From: Candidatus Bathyarchaeota archaeon
Lineage (GTDB): Archaea > Thermoproteota > Bathyarchaeia > TCS64
Length of the DNA: 64,000 nt
Assembly: GCA_043826455.1 (NCBI GenBank)
Contig: JBDRQD010000030.1
Span: 1-64,000, forward strand
Reading direction: 5' to 3'
The translations under genes and the position numbers were made by a program. The notes below the pieces were generated by a model. That model did no database searches. It was not told the DNA's origin and saw nothing but the letters and a program-made list of their open reading frames with translations. Below are positions 40,617 to 50,705 of this stretch, piece by piece (the first letter of the stretch is position 1; each line of letters begins with the position of its first letter).

Positions 40617-42035
40617 CTAGAACTCGAGTCCCAGGTCCTCCAGCTCCTTCTTCACCCCATCATATACTTCGAGGAACTTCTTCCTAGGCTTCAAGGTCTT
40701 CAGGTCGTATATCTCGTCGAAGGTGTACCCCACGGGGCCGCCGTCCGAGTCCCTAGTGATCCTGTGCTCATACTTTGAGAGCATCTCGTCAGCTAACGTG
40801 TTGGCGAAGTCGCGCTTCACCTTTGACATTGCGTGGCCGACCTCACCCCAGAACCTGTTCTCCAGGCCGCTGCCCAGGAGAGGCTTCACCTTGAACCTTC
40901 TAACCCCCTGGGAGAGCCCTTCTCTGCCGCATGGGATCGACGCGCACAGGGCCGCCACAATCTCCTGGAACTGCATCTCTGTGCCCGGCCCCGCGTTGGT
41001 CATGGCTACAGCCGTGTTGATGATCTTGGTGTTCCTCGAGATGGCTTGGCTGCCGATGGCTGAGCCCCAGACGCAGGGGCGGGTGACGAAGGCGCTGTAG
41101 TTGGGTGTCGAGGCCCTCAGGTAGCCCAGGGCGTGGTAGGATGCCCCTACCCCAACCTTGTAGACCATCACCGCCATTATGGCGTTGGCGATGGACACGA
41201 TCAGCGCGCCCTCTGGTCCGCCGGCCCAGCCTCCGATCATCCCTCCGTTATACACGTGTTTCACGCAGCCGTAGTCGTGGCTGTAGACCACCTTGTTCAG
41301 GTTCTCGTAATCAGTCTTCAGCTCAGGCATGATCGTGGAGACGATCCCATCCGATCTCCGCAGCCCCTCGATGGGGTCGCAGGCGGCTACGTTGGCGATG
41401 GCCGATGTGCACGCCGATATGAAGTGCATCCCCGGCCTACCTGCCCGCCTCGTCGCCTCGCGCACCCAGGACGCCATGGAGCACCCGAGGTGCGTCTCCA
41501 GGGGCGTCCCAGACCTGACCATTTTGCCTTCAGATGATTGAAGAGGAGGGCCGACATAGAAGCCGTCGATGAGGGGCTCCTGGGCTATCGACTGGTAGAG
41601 CTTGACGAAAAGCTCCCCCTCGGGGACGTTGCTCTCGATTACGCCCCCGCAGACGATGGAGGGGGGGCTCCTATCCTCCACGCCTCTGAGAGTCAGGTGT
41701 CTTCTTTCTGAGCCCTCGCCGATGACGGCCTCGCCCCTGAGCTCCCTGAGCCCCTCTTTAATCTCCGAGTCGTCGAAGCTGATCACTCTGCTGGAGTTCA
41801 TGCAGTACGCCCCCACCTCTGTGAAGAGCTGGAGGCCTGCCCTCCAGGCGTCGTCGGCCAGGCTGTCGTCGGAAGAAACCGGTGTCGTGGGATCATATTT
41901 GATGCCGTACTCGCCCACGAGCCTTGAAGCCACCTTGAACAGCTTCATGTCGAAGTCTTTTGTAGCCATAGGCTTCCCGGTGTTACAGGCCCTGTCTAGG
42001 ACCTCCCAGAGGCTCGGAGCTGCCAGCGTTATCAC
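40617..42035 (-). CDS. MtmB-family corrinoid methyltransferase without pyrrolysine (copy 2)
   Basis: Same motifs as copy 1; AGRPGMHFI; no internal TAG. Confidence 0.88.
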   Translation of the reverse strand: MITLAAPSLWEVLDRACNTGKPMATKDFDMKLFKVASRLVGEYGIKYDPTTPVSSDDSLADDAWRAGLQLFTEVGAYCMNSSRVISFDDSEIKEGLRELRGEAVIGEGSERRHLTLRGVEDRSPPSIVCGGVIESNVPEGELFVKLYQSIAQEPLIDGFYVGPPLQSSEGKMVRSGTPLETHLGCSMASWVREATRRAGRPGMHFISACTSAIANVAACDPIEGLRRSDGIVSTIMPELKTDYENLNKVVYSHDYGCVKHVYNGGMIGGWAGGPEGALIVSIANAIMAVMVYKVGVGASYHALGYLRASTPNYSAFVTRPCVWGSAIGSQAISRNTKIINTAVAMTNAGPGTEMQFQEIVAALCASIPCGREGLSQGVRRFKVKPLLGSGLENRFWGEVGHAMSKVKRDFANTLADEMLSKYEHRITRDSDGGPVGYTFDEIYDLKTLKPRKKFLEVYDGVKKELEDLGLEF

Positions 42036-42688
42036 TCCTGTTTTGAGACGAGCTTCTTGGCTACCTTGACAGCCTCACTCGCGTCCTTGCCGTACCCGTC
42101 TGCGCCGATGGCTGTCGCCCACTCCTTCGAGACCGGCCCGCCTCCGATCAATATCTTGTACTTGTCCCTGAGGCCAGCGGCCTCCAGGGCCTCGACTAGG
42201 TCCTTCATGAAGGGCATCGTTGTCGTCATGAGAGACGACGCCGCGATGATGTCCGCGTCGACCTCCTTTGCTTTTTCTATGAAGGCCAGGCTCTGTGTGT
42301 TGCAACCCATGTCGTAGACCTTGAACCCGTTCGCCCTGAGCATCGAGGCGACGATGCGAAGGCCGAGATCGTGGATGTCTCCCTCGACGGTCCCTATCAC
42401 AACTGTTCCCCGGCTCGTGGCCTCCAGCTCCTCTTTAGGCATGTGGGCTTCAAGGACCTTGATGGCGGCTTCCATGGCCTCCGCGCCGAGCACCAGGTGA
42501 GGCAGCCACAGCTCCCCAGCCTCAAACTTGTCTCCGATTGTTCGCAGGCCCACTGCCAGACCCTCCTCGATGGCCTTCACAGGGTTTATTTTCGCAGCGA
42601 CAGCGGCCCTCGCAGCGTCAGCCGCGGCTTCGGCGTCAAAACTCTGCACAGCGTCAGATAGCCCTTTTAAAATCTCGTTTTCCTTCAC
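42032..42688 (-). CDS. Methyltransferase corrinoid protein (MtmC/MtaC-like)
   Basis: Cap domain, then GTVEGDIHDLG (DxHxxG), SSLMTTTM, IGGGP, IGADGY. Confidence 0.92.
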   Translation of the reverse strand: MKENEILKGLSDAVQSFDAEAAADAARAAVAAKINPVKAIEEGLAVGLRTIGDKFEAGELWLPHLVLGAEAMEAAIKVLEAHMPKEELEATSRGTVVIGTVEGDIHDLGLRIVASMLRANGFKVYDMGCNTQSLAFIEKAKEVDADIIAASSLMTTTMPFMKDLVEALEAAGLRDKYKILIGGGPVSKEWATAIGADGYGKDASEAVKVAKKLVSKQE

Positions 42689-42765
42689 TTTGAATACACT
42701 AGATTTAAAATACGTTTGATAAAATATGTAAAGCTACTTACGCGTTCACACGCGGCGGTACCGAT

Positions 42766-44151
42766 GTGGATGACATGATAAGCCTAGTGGAAATCGCTGA
42801 CCGTATGCGTACCGGCCCAAAGATGGCCGCCAAGGACTGGGACATGGCCTTGTTCAGGAGAATGACGGGGCTCGTGAAGGAGTACGACATCAAGTGTCCC
42901 ACAGAGCAATCCAACTGGTTAAACACCGACGACAGCCTGGCCGACGCCGCATGGAAGGCAGCGGTGGATTTCGTCGTCGAAAACGGTTGCCTGTGCCTCG
43001 ACAGGGAGCGTGTCATCAGGTTCACGGAGGAGGAGGTCAGGGAGGCTGTGCGCTCCATGCAGCGGGAGGTTGTGATGGGCGAGGGCAAGGACGCCCGCGT
43101 GTGGAAGCAGCACAAGATAGAGGGGACAGAGCCTCTTAACATCGCGCCCGGGCACCACGCCCCCTTCACGGAGGACCTGGCGAACACGGTTGTCCACAAC
43201 TTCGCCATGATCCCTCGCCTCGACTTCCTAGAGGGATTCAACTTCCCAATGATCGACGGCTACGACATCTACGGGTTACCCCTCGAGGCGTACGCGTCCA
43301 GACGCCAGGTAGCGTGGCTCAGAGAAGGAGTGAGGAAGGCCGGCAGACCAGGCGCAGCCATCGTCTACTACCCCATCTCCACGGCGGCCTCCTCGTTCCT
43401 AGCCACCATCGACACCGTGGCCGGGCTGAGGCCGACGGACGGCGTCCTACTGTCAGTGCTGCCCGACGTGAAGGTGCAGTACGACCTGTTAACGGCGGCC
43501 CTCGTCCTCCAGAGCCACGGATACTTCGGGATCAGCGGCAGCTTCGGCATAGCCGGCGGCTTCGCCGGAGGCCCCGAGGGCGCCATAATCGAGAGCCTGG
43601 TGAAGACCATCGTCGCATGGATCGTATACCGGGACAACCTGTACTACAACGGCGTCGAGCACTTCAGCCACGTCAGCGGAGGCAGACGATGCATGTTTCC
43701 CATAAACTTTGCGCGCTCAGTCGTCTACCAGGCGACGATAAGGAACAGTAACGGCATCCCGATGCAGTGGCCCATCCCCGTCAGCGAGCTCTGCACGGAG
43801 AGCCACCTGGAGGAGCTGGTCCTGAGAAGCATAGAGGCGGCCGTGAACGGCGCCAACCTGTACGTCCCCCGCGTGAGCCGAAGCCGCATGAACGGCGGGC
43901 AGACCCCGGCGGACGCCGAACTCATGATAGAGGCCTCTGACGCGGCCATCCGGACAGGGATAAAGCGGGGCGAAGTGTATGAGATGTTCAAGCCCATCAT
44001 AGAGAAACTCTTGGCCAACTCAACGCCGGAGCCGGGCAAATTGATCACAGAGTGCTACGACCTCCAGCGCCACAAGCCGAGCACAGAGTACCAGGAACTC
44101 ATCACGAGAGTCAAGGACGAGTTCAGCGGCTGCGGGCTACGGTGGGAGTGA
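42766..44151 (+). CDS. MtmB-family corrinoid methyltransferase without pyrrolysine (copy 3, divergent)
   Basis: TGPKM...WD, LADAAWKA, CLDRERVIRF, AGRPG, GGFAGGPEG; no internal TAG. Confidence 0.85.
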   Translation: MDDMISLVEIADRMRTGPKMAAKDWDMALFRRMTGLVKEYDIKCPTEQSNWLNTDDSLADAAWKAAVDFVVENGCLCLDRERVIRFTEEEVREAVRSMQREVVMGEGKDARVWKQHKIEGTEPLNIAPGHHAPFTEDLANTVVHNFAMIPRLDFLEGFNFPMIDGYDIYGLPLEAYASRRQVAWLREGVRKAGRPGAAIVYYPISTAASSFLATIDTVAGLRPTDGVLLSVLPDVKVQYDLLTAALVLQSHGYFGISGSFGIAGGFAGGPEGAIIESLVKTIVAWIVYRDNLYYNGVEHFSHVSGGRRCMFPINFARSVVYQATIRNSNGIPMQWPIPVSELCTESHLEELVLRSIEAAVNGANLYVPRVSRSRMNGGQTPADAELMIEASDAAIRTGIKRGEVYEMFKPIIEKLLANSTPEPGKLITECYDLQRHKPSTEYQELITRVKDEFSGCGLRWE

Positions 44152-44237
44152 GCGAAAGCTCTCCACCCCCATACCCATTTCTGTAGATCATGAGGAGAGT
44201 CAATCATTTTAATCCTTAAACGCTGTTGAATACATCC

Positions 44238-46133
44238 ATGCATGGCCCTGACAGCGAAGCTTCAGTCAGAATAGTCTTTGAACCCGACGGTAACACGGTT
44301 CGAGTTCAGCCCGGAGTCAGTCTGTCCAAAGCAGCCGTCAGGGCGGGCAACATGATGAGGTTCGAGTGCGGCGGGAACGGTAAGTGCGGGAAATGCAGGA
44401 TGATCGTAAAGGATCAAGGCCCGTTAACGGAGATCACGATCCATGAGAGAAGGCACCTGTCCCCCTCCGAGATAGAGGCAGGGTACCGCCTAGCGTGTCA
44501 GGCACACGTCAACAAGGACGTCGTGGTCTACATACCTCCGGAGAGCCGGGTTGAGCGGAGGAAGCTACAGGTCACAGGCCACGAGACGCCCATCACCATA
44601 GATCCCTACGTGGATAAATTCCACGTCGTTCTACCGAAGCCCACTCTAGACGACTCTAAGCCCGATCTTGAGAGACTCGCCAGCATTCTCCAGGAAGAGC
44701 ACGGCGTGGGGGCACTTGAGATCGAGCAAGCCCTCCTGCAACAGCTGCCAAGGGTCCTCCGTGAGGCCGAATGGGACATAACCGTCGCGGTCTGGGAAGG
44801 CGATAAGATCATCGCCGTCGAGCCTGGGGATACAACCGGAATAATGTATGGGGTAGCCGTCGACGTTGGGACCTCCAAGATGGTTGTACATCTTGTAGAC
44901 CTTTTAACAGGTGAGACTCACGGGGTCGGGTCAGTCGAGAACCCTCAGATAATGCGCGGCGAGGACCTGCTCACCCGCGTCTCGTACACCATGACAGAGG
45001 TGGGCGGCCTTGCCGAATTACAGAGCCAGGCGGTGAGCGGGGTGAACACCGCATTACGAGCCGCCTGCCGAGAGGCAGCCGTCGATCCTAGCCACATCTA
45101 CGAGGCGACGGTTGTCGGTAACACCGTGATGCATCACTTCCTTCTCGCCATCGAGCCCAGGTACCTCTCATTATCACCCTTCACACCGGCCTTGAAGGGG
45201 CCGATCAATGTGAGGGCGAGAGACCTCGGCTTCCAGATGAACCCCCACGGTGTCGTCATCATGATGCCCCTCGTAGCTGGCTTCGTCGGATCAGACGCGG
45301 TGGCGGATGTCTTATCGAGCGGCGTATATGAAGGGAGGGAGGCCTCACTACTCCTCGATATTGGCACCAATACGGAGATTTTTCTGGGCAACGACGAGGG
45401 CTTAATATGCTGCTCCTGCGCCTCAGGCCCCGCCTTCGAGGGGGGCCACATCAGGCACGGCATGAAGGCCGTGACAGGGGCCATCGAGAACGTTTCCCTC
45501 AACCCCTCAACTCATCGGGCTGACTTCAGCACGATCGGAGGCGGCAGGCCAAGAGGCCTCTGCGGCTCAGCCATGATAGACATAGTCGCGGAGTTGAGGA
45601 GGAACGGGGTAATCGACAGCACAGGAAAGTTTGTGTCAGGCCATGACTCCCCGTCGCTAAAAATGGGTGAAGGTAAGCCCGTGTTCGTCCTGGTGAATGA
45701 GGAGGACTCGGCGACGGGGCAGGAGATAGTGGTGACTCAGAGGGATATCAACGAGATCCAGAGAGCAAAGGCAGCCATCTACTCTGGCTGCTCCATACTG
45801 ATGAGAAGAAGAAACCTTAGAGAAGGAGACATCTCACGTATACTGATCTCAGGGGCCTTCGGGAGAAGCCTGAACCCTGAGAACGCGAGGCTTCTCGGCT
45901 TGGTGCCTGATCTGCCCGCGGAGAAGATCAGGTTACTGGGTAACACGGCGGTGACAGGCGCGAAGATGGCACTCCTCTCAAAGAAGGCTAGAGAACAAGC
46001 GAACGTGATATCGGATAAGGTAAAATATCTCGAGCTTTCCAGTGACCCCTTGTTCGGCTCCGAGTTCGCTATGGCCCTCTTCATCCCGCACAGAGACTCG
46101 ACCCGGTTTCAGTCCTTATCCCTGTCCTCCTGA
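44238..46133 (+). CDS. ASKHA-type ATP-dependent corrinoid reductive activator (RACo/RamA-like, DUF4445)
   Basis: N-terminal 2Fe-2S motif (CGGNGKCGKC...RLACQ), DVGTS, GFVGSD, DIGTNTE, SGPAFEG, GLCGS, GAFG. Confidence 0.92.
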   Translation: MHGPDSEASVRIVFEPDGNTVRVQPGVSLSKAAVRAGNMMRFECGGNGKCGKCRMIVKDQGPLTEITIHERRHLSPSEIEAGYRLACQAHVNKDVVVYIPPESRVERRKLQVTGHETPITIDPYVDKFHVVLPKPTLDDSKPDLERLASILQEEHGVGALEIEQALLQQLPRVLREAEWDITVAVWEGDKIIAVEPGDTTGIMYGVAVDVGTSKMVVHLVDLLTGETHGVGSVENPQIMRGEDLLTRVSYTMTEVGGLAELQSQAVSGVNTALRAACREAAVDPSHIYEATVVGNTVMHHFLLAIEPRYLSLSPFTPALKGPINVRARDLGFQMNPHGVVIMMPLVAGFVGSDAVADVLSSGVYEGREASLLLDIGTNTEIFLGNDEGLICCSCASGPAFEGGHIRHGMKAVTGAIENVSLNPSTHRADFSTIGGGRPRGLCGSAMIDIVAELRRNGVIDSTGKFVSGHDSPSLKMGEGKPVFVLVNEEDSATGQEIVVTQRDINEIQRAKAAIYSGCSILMRRRNLREGDISRILISGAFGRSLNPENARLLGLVPDLPAEKIRLLGNTAVTGAKMALLSKKAREQANVISDKVKYLELSSDPLFGSEFAMALFIPHRDSTRFQSLSLSS

Positions 46134-46144
46134 ATCGCTTCAGT

Positions 46145-46300
46145 CGACGGCATCGCTGATAGATGGTTCACTCACGCGTTTCACTATTGTAGCCTGCAGA
46201 AAGGAACCCACACCGTGACGGTGCAGTGGAGAAACCAGGGGCCAGTACAGGGTCGCCTGTACGATAGGGTACTGGAAGTCTTCGCCATACTCACCCATGG
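46145..46300 (+). pseudogene. Possible gene remnant encoding a beta-rich segment
   Basis: Reads DGIADRWFTHAFHYCSLQKGTHTVTVQWRNQG...RVLEV with no plausible start. Confidence 0.3.
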
Positions 46301-47377
46301 TCAATTGATGATGTTTTCGTTTCTCAGTATGTCGATGAATCTCTCAGCTATGGTGCTCCACTCGAACTTCTCTATCATCAGCTTCCTGCCCGCGGCGCCC
46401 ATCCTCAGTCTCTGCTCAGGGGCTTCCATGAGCTGCTCCACCCTCAGGACGAACTCGTCGAGGTCGTTGGTGGTGTAGCCGCTGACGCCGTCCTCAACCA
46501 CCTCAGGTATGCCGCCGACCCGTGACGCGACCACGGGTTTACCTGAGGCCGCTGCTTCCTGGAGAACCATCCCCAGGGTGTCGAGGGATGAGGGGTGGAT
46601 CACAAGGTCGCAGCTGGAGTAGTGTTTCTCTATGTCGTTTACGTAGCCTTTGAAGAAAACCTGATCTGAGAGCCCCAACTGGTCGACGTGGCGCTGAACC
46701 CTCGCCCTGTGGGGGCCGTCCCCCAGGAAGGTGATGGTGTAGTGGAGGCCGCTCTCCTTATACCTTCGCAGAAACGCGTAAAGGAGGCTGATCTTCTTGG
46801 GGACGGCGAAGTTCATGACGCACAGGATCTGGGACCTGTAGCCCTCAACCGGGGGCCTTATGTTGAATCTCTCCGTGTCCACTCCGCATGGCAGCGCGTA
46901 AACTGGTTTCTCTAGGCCGTTTCTCTCCGCGCTTCTCTTCAGATACTCGGAGACGGCGACAACGAAGTCCACGTCGTCCATGGAGACAGCGTTCTGGAGC
47001 AGCTTCACCCTGTAACCCAGCTTCTGTTTAAGGGATAGATCGTTATCCCTTGACTCCTCCCAGTAGTCGCCCTTAAGCCTCAGAATCACGGCTTTGGTTC
47101 GCCCCATCCTCTTGGCCATGCTGGCCCCCATGATCCCGTGGTAGGGGTTGTGAGTTACCAACAGGTCGCAGTCCACGGCATCGATATAGCTTCTGGTGGG
47201 CAGCGACAGGGAGTTCCGGATGCTCTTCAACGGTATGGTGCTGCAAGTGAACCCCGCCGCTGACAGCTGAGCCCCGAGGGCCTCGAACTCTCCCCTCCAC
47301 TCTATGAACTGGATGGAAGGCAGAGCAGAGCCGCTTCCATGATGAACTGTGCTTAAGGAGGCCGTTCGTTGATCCAC
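46301..47377 (-). CDS. Glycosyltransferase family 4
   Basis: AVSE, GVDTERF, LGDGP, HPSSLDTLGMVLQEAAASGKPVVASRVGGIPE. Confidence 0.9.
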   Translation of the reverse strand: MDQRTASLSTVHHGSGSALPSIQFIEWRGEFEALGAQLSAAGFTCSTIPLKSIRNSLSLPTRSYIDAVDCDLLVTHNPYHGIMGASMAKRMGRTKAVILRLKGDYWEESRDNDLSLKQKLGYRVKLLQNAVSMDDVDFVVAVSEYLKRSAERNGLEKPVYALPCGVDTERFNIRPPVEGYRSQILCVMNFAVPKKISLLYAFLRRYKESGLHYTITFLGDGPHRARVQRHVDQLGLSDQVFFKGYVNDIEKHYSSCDLVIHPSSLDTLGMVLQEAAASGKPVVASRVGGIPEVVEDGVSGYTTNDLDEFVLRVEQLMEAPEQRLRMGAAGRKLMIEKFEWSTIAERFIDILRNENIIN

Positions 47378-47489
47378 GGCTCAAAGAGCGGATGTATTGA
47401 TAAAATTCTATGTGAGTAAACTGTGACTACACGCTAGCAAGAGCTTTTGTTGGAAACGGACTTTTATATCCTCACGGGGTTAAGAGTTA

Positions 47490-47969
47490 GTGATGACAGA
47501 AAGATACGTTCTGAGGACCGGCGGCACCGGAAGGGTGGTCGTCGCCAGACTCAAGCCGAGGTCTGACCTTCTCCGCTCACTCCAGCGGATTGTCGAGGAG
47601 AAGGGGGTCAAGGCCGCCGTCATCCTCTCCGGGGTTGGTCTCCTGTCGAATGCGTCGCTGCGGAACTGTAAGACGCTGCCGGACGAGTACCCCATCACAG
47701 ACCGTAACAGAAGCTTCATGTCCTTCGATAAGCCCCTGGAGATCATAGGCTTGTCAGGGGACGTCAGCATGGTAGAGGGGAAGCCTCTTGTTCACGCCCA
47801 TGTTATCCTTTCATACGTTGAGGACGAATCCATTAGGGTGGTGGGTGGCCACTTGGTTGAGGGTTGTAGGGTGTTCGGGTTCGCCGAGGTTTTCCTCCTG
47901 GAGCTCACAGGGATAGAGATGGTGAAGAACCTCGACGAGGAGACCCGGACACATCAGCTCTTCACATGA
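47490..47969 (+). CDS. PPC/DUF296 domain protein
   Basis: RLKP..DL, SGVG.L, LEIIGLSG, HAHV, GGHL. Confidence 0.85.
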   Translation: MMTERYVLRTGGTGRVVVARLKPRSDLLRSLQRIVEEKGVKAAVILSGVGLLSNASLRNCKTLPDEYPITDRNRSFMSFDKPLEIIGLSGDVSMVEGKPLVHAHVILSYVEDESIRVVGGHLVEGCRVFGFAEVFLLELTGIEMVKNLDEETRTHQLFT

Positions 47970-48023
47970 CTGCTGGTGTGCTTCCTGTTCCTCTGCCATG
48001 CGCATGGTTGGGTGCTTGTGCGC

Positions 48024-48252
48024 TCAGGGTCGGGTAACTTGTTTTATGGTGGAATAAACCGTTATAAAATGATACCCCCTACGTTTTTTACACTCTGCTG
48101 CCATTGCTCTGTGCCTGATGTGCTGAATGAACCGTGATTTTGTGTGGAATGGGCGGCGTATTTGCATAGAATGGGATTGTAAAGGCGCGTTTCCTGGTTT
48201 CCTTTTTGCTTGGGGCGGCTGTTTCCGGTTCCTTCGCTCTACCCCCTCTCTG
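48024..48252 (-). repeat. Dispersed non-coding repeat, copy B
   Basis: Reverse complement reads GGGGGTAGAGC..AACCGGAA..ATCCCATTCTATGCAAA..CATTCAGCACATCAG..AAAAAACGTAGGGGGTATC, as in copy A; ends approximate. Confidence 0.8.
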
Positions 48253-48382
48253 CTAATATCGCGGTTGGGGCTAGCCAGATTTCTGCGACAACTGTAAAGT
48301 CTCAACGGACACGCCTTAAAACCATGAGTTATGTGTACCATAAACCTTTTCTTTTACCAATAAACTTGGAATGGGGGTAAAT

Positions 48383-48604
48383 ATGTCAATAGTTACCATT
48401 GATGCTCAGCGTCGCATATACCTCCCCAGGGAGCTGGGCTTCAAAGCAAAGAAGGCAATCATAGTACCTAGAGGAGAAACCTACGTAATAATACCTGTCC
48501 CCGACGAAATCACCCCCATAGAGGCAGACGCAACAATAGAGGAGCTCAAGCACAGGGCCGAGGCGAAGGCGAGGAAGGAGGCCGAGGATGCTAATAGAGT
48601 CTGA
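48383..48604 (+). CDS. AbrB/MazE-like antitoxin (VapB)
   Basis: VTIDAQRRIYLPREL; overlaps the PIN gene. Confidence 0.8.
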   Translation: MSIVTIDAQRRIYLPRELGFKAKKAIIVPRGETYVIIPVPDEITPIEADATIEELKHRAEAKARKEAEDANRV

Positions 48605-49022
48605 TCTGTTTATCGCTTACATGAAGAAGGGCGACTGGCTCAAACCAGTGGCGGAGGAGATATTTGACGCCATATCATCGAAGCGGCTCAAAGATGTCCA
48701 GGCCTCATCGGAGGTCCTCCACGAGCTATACTACGTCTTTGTCGAGCACGCCCCCGTCTCCATCATACTAGGTAACGCAGCCAGGATGGCTACCATGGAG
48801 AACATTAGGTATGTAGACGCGACCCGGGAGATCTACCTATCCGCCCTCGAACTCGTGTCCACATACCAGCTGGCCTCCATATTCGACGCCATCTACGCGG
48901 CCACAGCCCTCACAGACACGGTTCCAGATCACACCATGCTGTCCACTGACTCAGCCTACGATAGGGTGCCCGGCTTAGCGAGGGTCGACCCAAGGAACCT
49001 AAAGATACCCTCAATGGCGTAG
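48588..49022 (+). CDS. PIN-domain toxin (VapC)
   Basis: LIESDLFI, HEL, FDAIYAATA, STDSAYD. Confidence 0.85.
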   Translation: MLIESDLFIAYMKKGDWLKPVAEEIFDAISSKRLKDVQASSEVLHELYYVFVEHAPVSIILGNAARMATMENIRYVDATREIYLSALELVSTYQLASIFDAIYAATALTDTVPDHTMLSTDSAYDRVPGLARVDPRNLKIPSMA

Positions 49023-49106
49023 ATGTGCAGTTTTTCAAGTAACTGGTGAGATTCAGCAGCTTGTATGCATAGAAAGCATTTGAGTTACCTGAGTTGAAAC
49101 GGTTAA

Positions 49107-49334
49107 ATGGGTGCGGTTTTGAGGTTCAGCGTCATCGTCGAGCGGGACCAAGACGGTGTTTATGTCGGCTCCGTCCCTGAGCTTCCAGGCTGCCATACCC
49201 AAGCAAGGACCGTTGGCGAGCGCATGGAGCGCATACGTGAGGCTGTGGAGCTGTACCTGGAGGTCGAAGAAGTAGAGGGAGGGCGAGAGTTCATAGGCGT
49301 CCAGTTTCTAAAAGTCCCCTCACGTGAGCCTTAA
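49107..49334 (+). CDS. HicB-family antitoxin
   Basis: VERDQDG.YVGSVPELPGCHTQA.T...IREAVELYLE. Confidence 0.88.
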   Translation: MGAVLRFSVIVERDQDGVYVGSVPELPGCHTQARTVGERMERIREAVELYLEVEEVEGGREFIGVQFLKVPSREP

Positions 49335-49390
49335 ACCAGTCAAGGCCACATAGTTCATTGCATTTGTTAAATGCGGGGCTTCTGTAGTGA
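49324..49390 (+). pseudogene. Degenerate HicA toxin 5' end
   Basis: GTG overlapping the end of hicB gives MSLKPVKAT then a stop; a LLNAG tail follows in another frame. Confidence 0.45.
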
Positions 49391-49517
49391 ACTTTCTATT
49401 TTATTGCTGTGCCTTTGGTTGTGACTATTGCCGGAATGATAGGGCGCACAATGTTGCATCGACACTTTTCTTATGTTCTTTCAGTCTTTCGTGACGGACT
49501 TGAACTTGAGATAGCCT

Positions 49518-49913
49518 TCACTGTGTTGGGTTTAATTGGCCCTCTCCAAGTCTTTCTCTGATGAATGTGAGGATGATCCTCGCCGCCTGCATCGGGTCAT
49601 CCGGCAAATAGCTTTCATGTACACTGTTATCTGATCCTTCATGGTAGTGTTTTGGGAAGGTTTTCACGTGGCTCCACTTAGGGTGTGGGGCATTATCATG
49701 CCTGTGTATCTGTCCTGTGATGTGTCTGTGTTCCCAGTGGTAGGAATACTTGCCTGACCCGGATAACCATATGTCCAAGTAGCTTCCATCGACGATGTAG
49801 ACCCTGAGCTTTGCAGGCGTACCAGAGGACGTATGATGGATGTGGGTGTCTTCCACAATGTCAGGGTACTCGTTCATGCCGAGGTTGGATATCTCCCTGT
49901 AGAGGTTTTCCAA
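49518..49913 (-). CDS. DUF6516/TumE-like putative toxin
   Basis: YSYHW...RHDNAPH......TFPKHYH. Confidence 0.8.
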   Translation of the reverse strand: MENLYREISNLGMNEYPDIVEDTHIHHTSSGTPAKLRVYIVDGSYLDIWLSGSGKYSYHWEHRHITGQIHRHDNAPHPKWSHVKTFPKHYHEGSDNSVHESYLPDDPMQAARIILTFIRERLGEGQLNPTQ

Positions 49914-49925
49914 TCCCTGTTCCGC

Positions 49926-50219
49926 CTACTTGGGCATGGAGTCTAGTTCCCGCCGGATCTTCTCGGCCTGCTCGACGAGGTTCTCGTACTGGATGAGATC
50001 TTCCCACGTGGGGTGCTCCTCCACTGAGCCCTTCTTGATCTTCTCCTCCAGCTCACATGGGCTCCTGACCCTGTACCTGTTCTCCACGTCTTTGAGTTCG
50101 GCCTGGATCATCCTAAGCCTGGCTCTCAGGTACATCTTGACGCCCCCGGCGACGAGTTCCTCTGGGGGTACCCCCAGGGACTTGGAGACTCTATCTACAA
50201 GTTCGCTGGTCTCGGTCAT
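49926..50219 (-). CDS. Putative cognate antitoxin of the DUF6516 protein
   Basis: Small helical protein with ELEEKI..G...EHPTWED.I; directly upstream of the toxin. Confidence 0.7.
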   Translation of the reverse strand: MTETSELVDRVSKSLGVPPEELVAGGVKMYLRARLRMIQAELKDVENRYRVRSPCELEEKIKKGSVEEHPTWEDLIQYENLVEQAEKIRRELDSMPK

Positions 50220-50309
50220 CTACGTCGGTGATCTTTTCTCGGCGTGGCTTAATAACTTCACCGGAGGGCTCGTCGGCGTTGTTGTTGCGCCCGCGAGCGC
50301 GATGTTGTT

Positions 50310-50705
50310 CTAGATGTTGATGTTATCTCTTGCCTCAAGATCTTTCCTGATAATGTCCCTAAGGTAGTCTGATGCCTGGAAATAGAGTCCAGAGTCTAGC
50401 ACCTGGTCTAAGACCTCTTTCAGGGGGATAGGTATTCGGGTGGAGACGACGACTGTGTCGAGAAGTAGTTTCTGTTCACTGGGCTCCTTCTTCTCATCTT
50501 TTTTAACGCTTACCTTTATCATCCTCAGCTGGATGCCTTTTTCTTCGAGGTCCTTTCGTATAAGGTAGTTCACGTACTCGGAGAGGTTGAGGTAGGCGCC
50601 GGTTTCGAGGATCCGGAGTAAAGCATCGTAGATGGGGGCCGTCACCCTCACGTTGAACGAGTATGAGCTTTTCGTTAGGCTCCATATATTTTCATCATCT
50701 TTCAA
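50310..50705 (-). CDS. Tandem ribbon-helix-helix (CopG-like) regulator
   Basis: Two repeats: GAYLNLSEYVNYLIRKDLE and GLYFQASDYLRDIIRKDLE. Confidence 0.75.
   Translation of the reverse strand: MKDDENIWSLTKSSYSFNVRVTAPIYDALLRILETGAYLNLSEYVNYLIRKDLEEKGIQLRMIKVSVKKDEKKEPSEQKLLLDTVVVSTRIPIPLKEVLDQVLDSGLYFQASDYLRDIIRKDLEARDNINI

Noticed and set aside
39179..44151. Calling these genes true monomethylamine methyltransferases, or evidence of methanogenesis
   Set aside because: No amber codon or Pyl; no mtbA, mcr or pyl genes in the window
48024..48341. ORFs 48024..48341, 21308..21555 and 55192..55470 as genes
   Set aside because: They overlap non-coding repeat blocks, and the reading frames are not preserved between repeat copies
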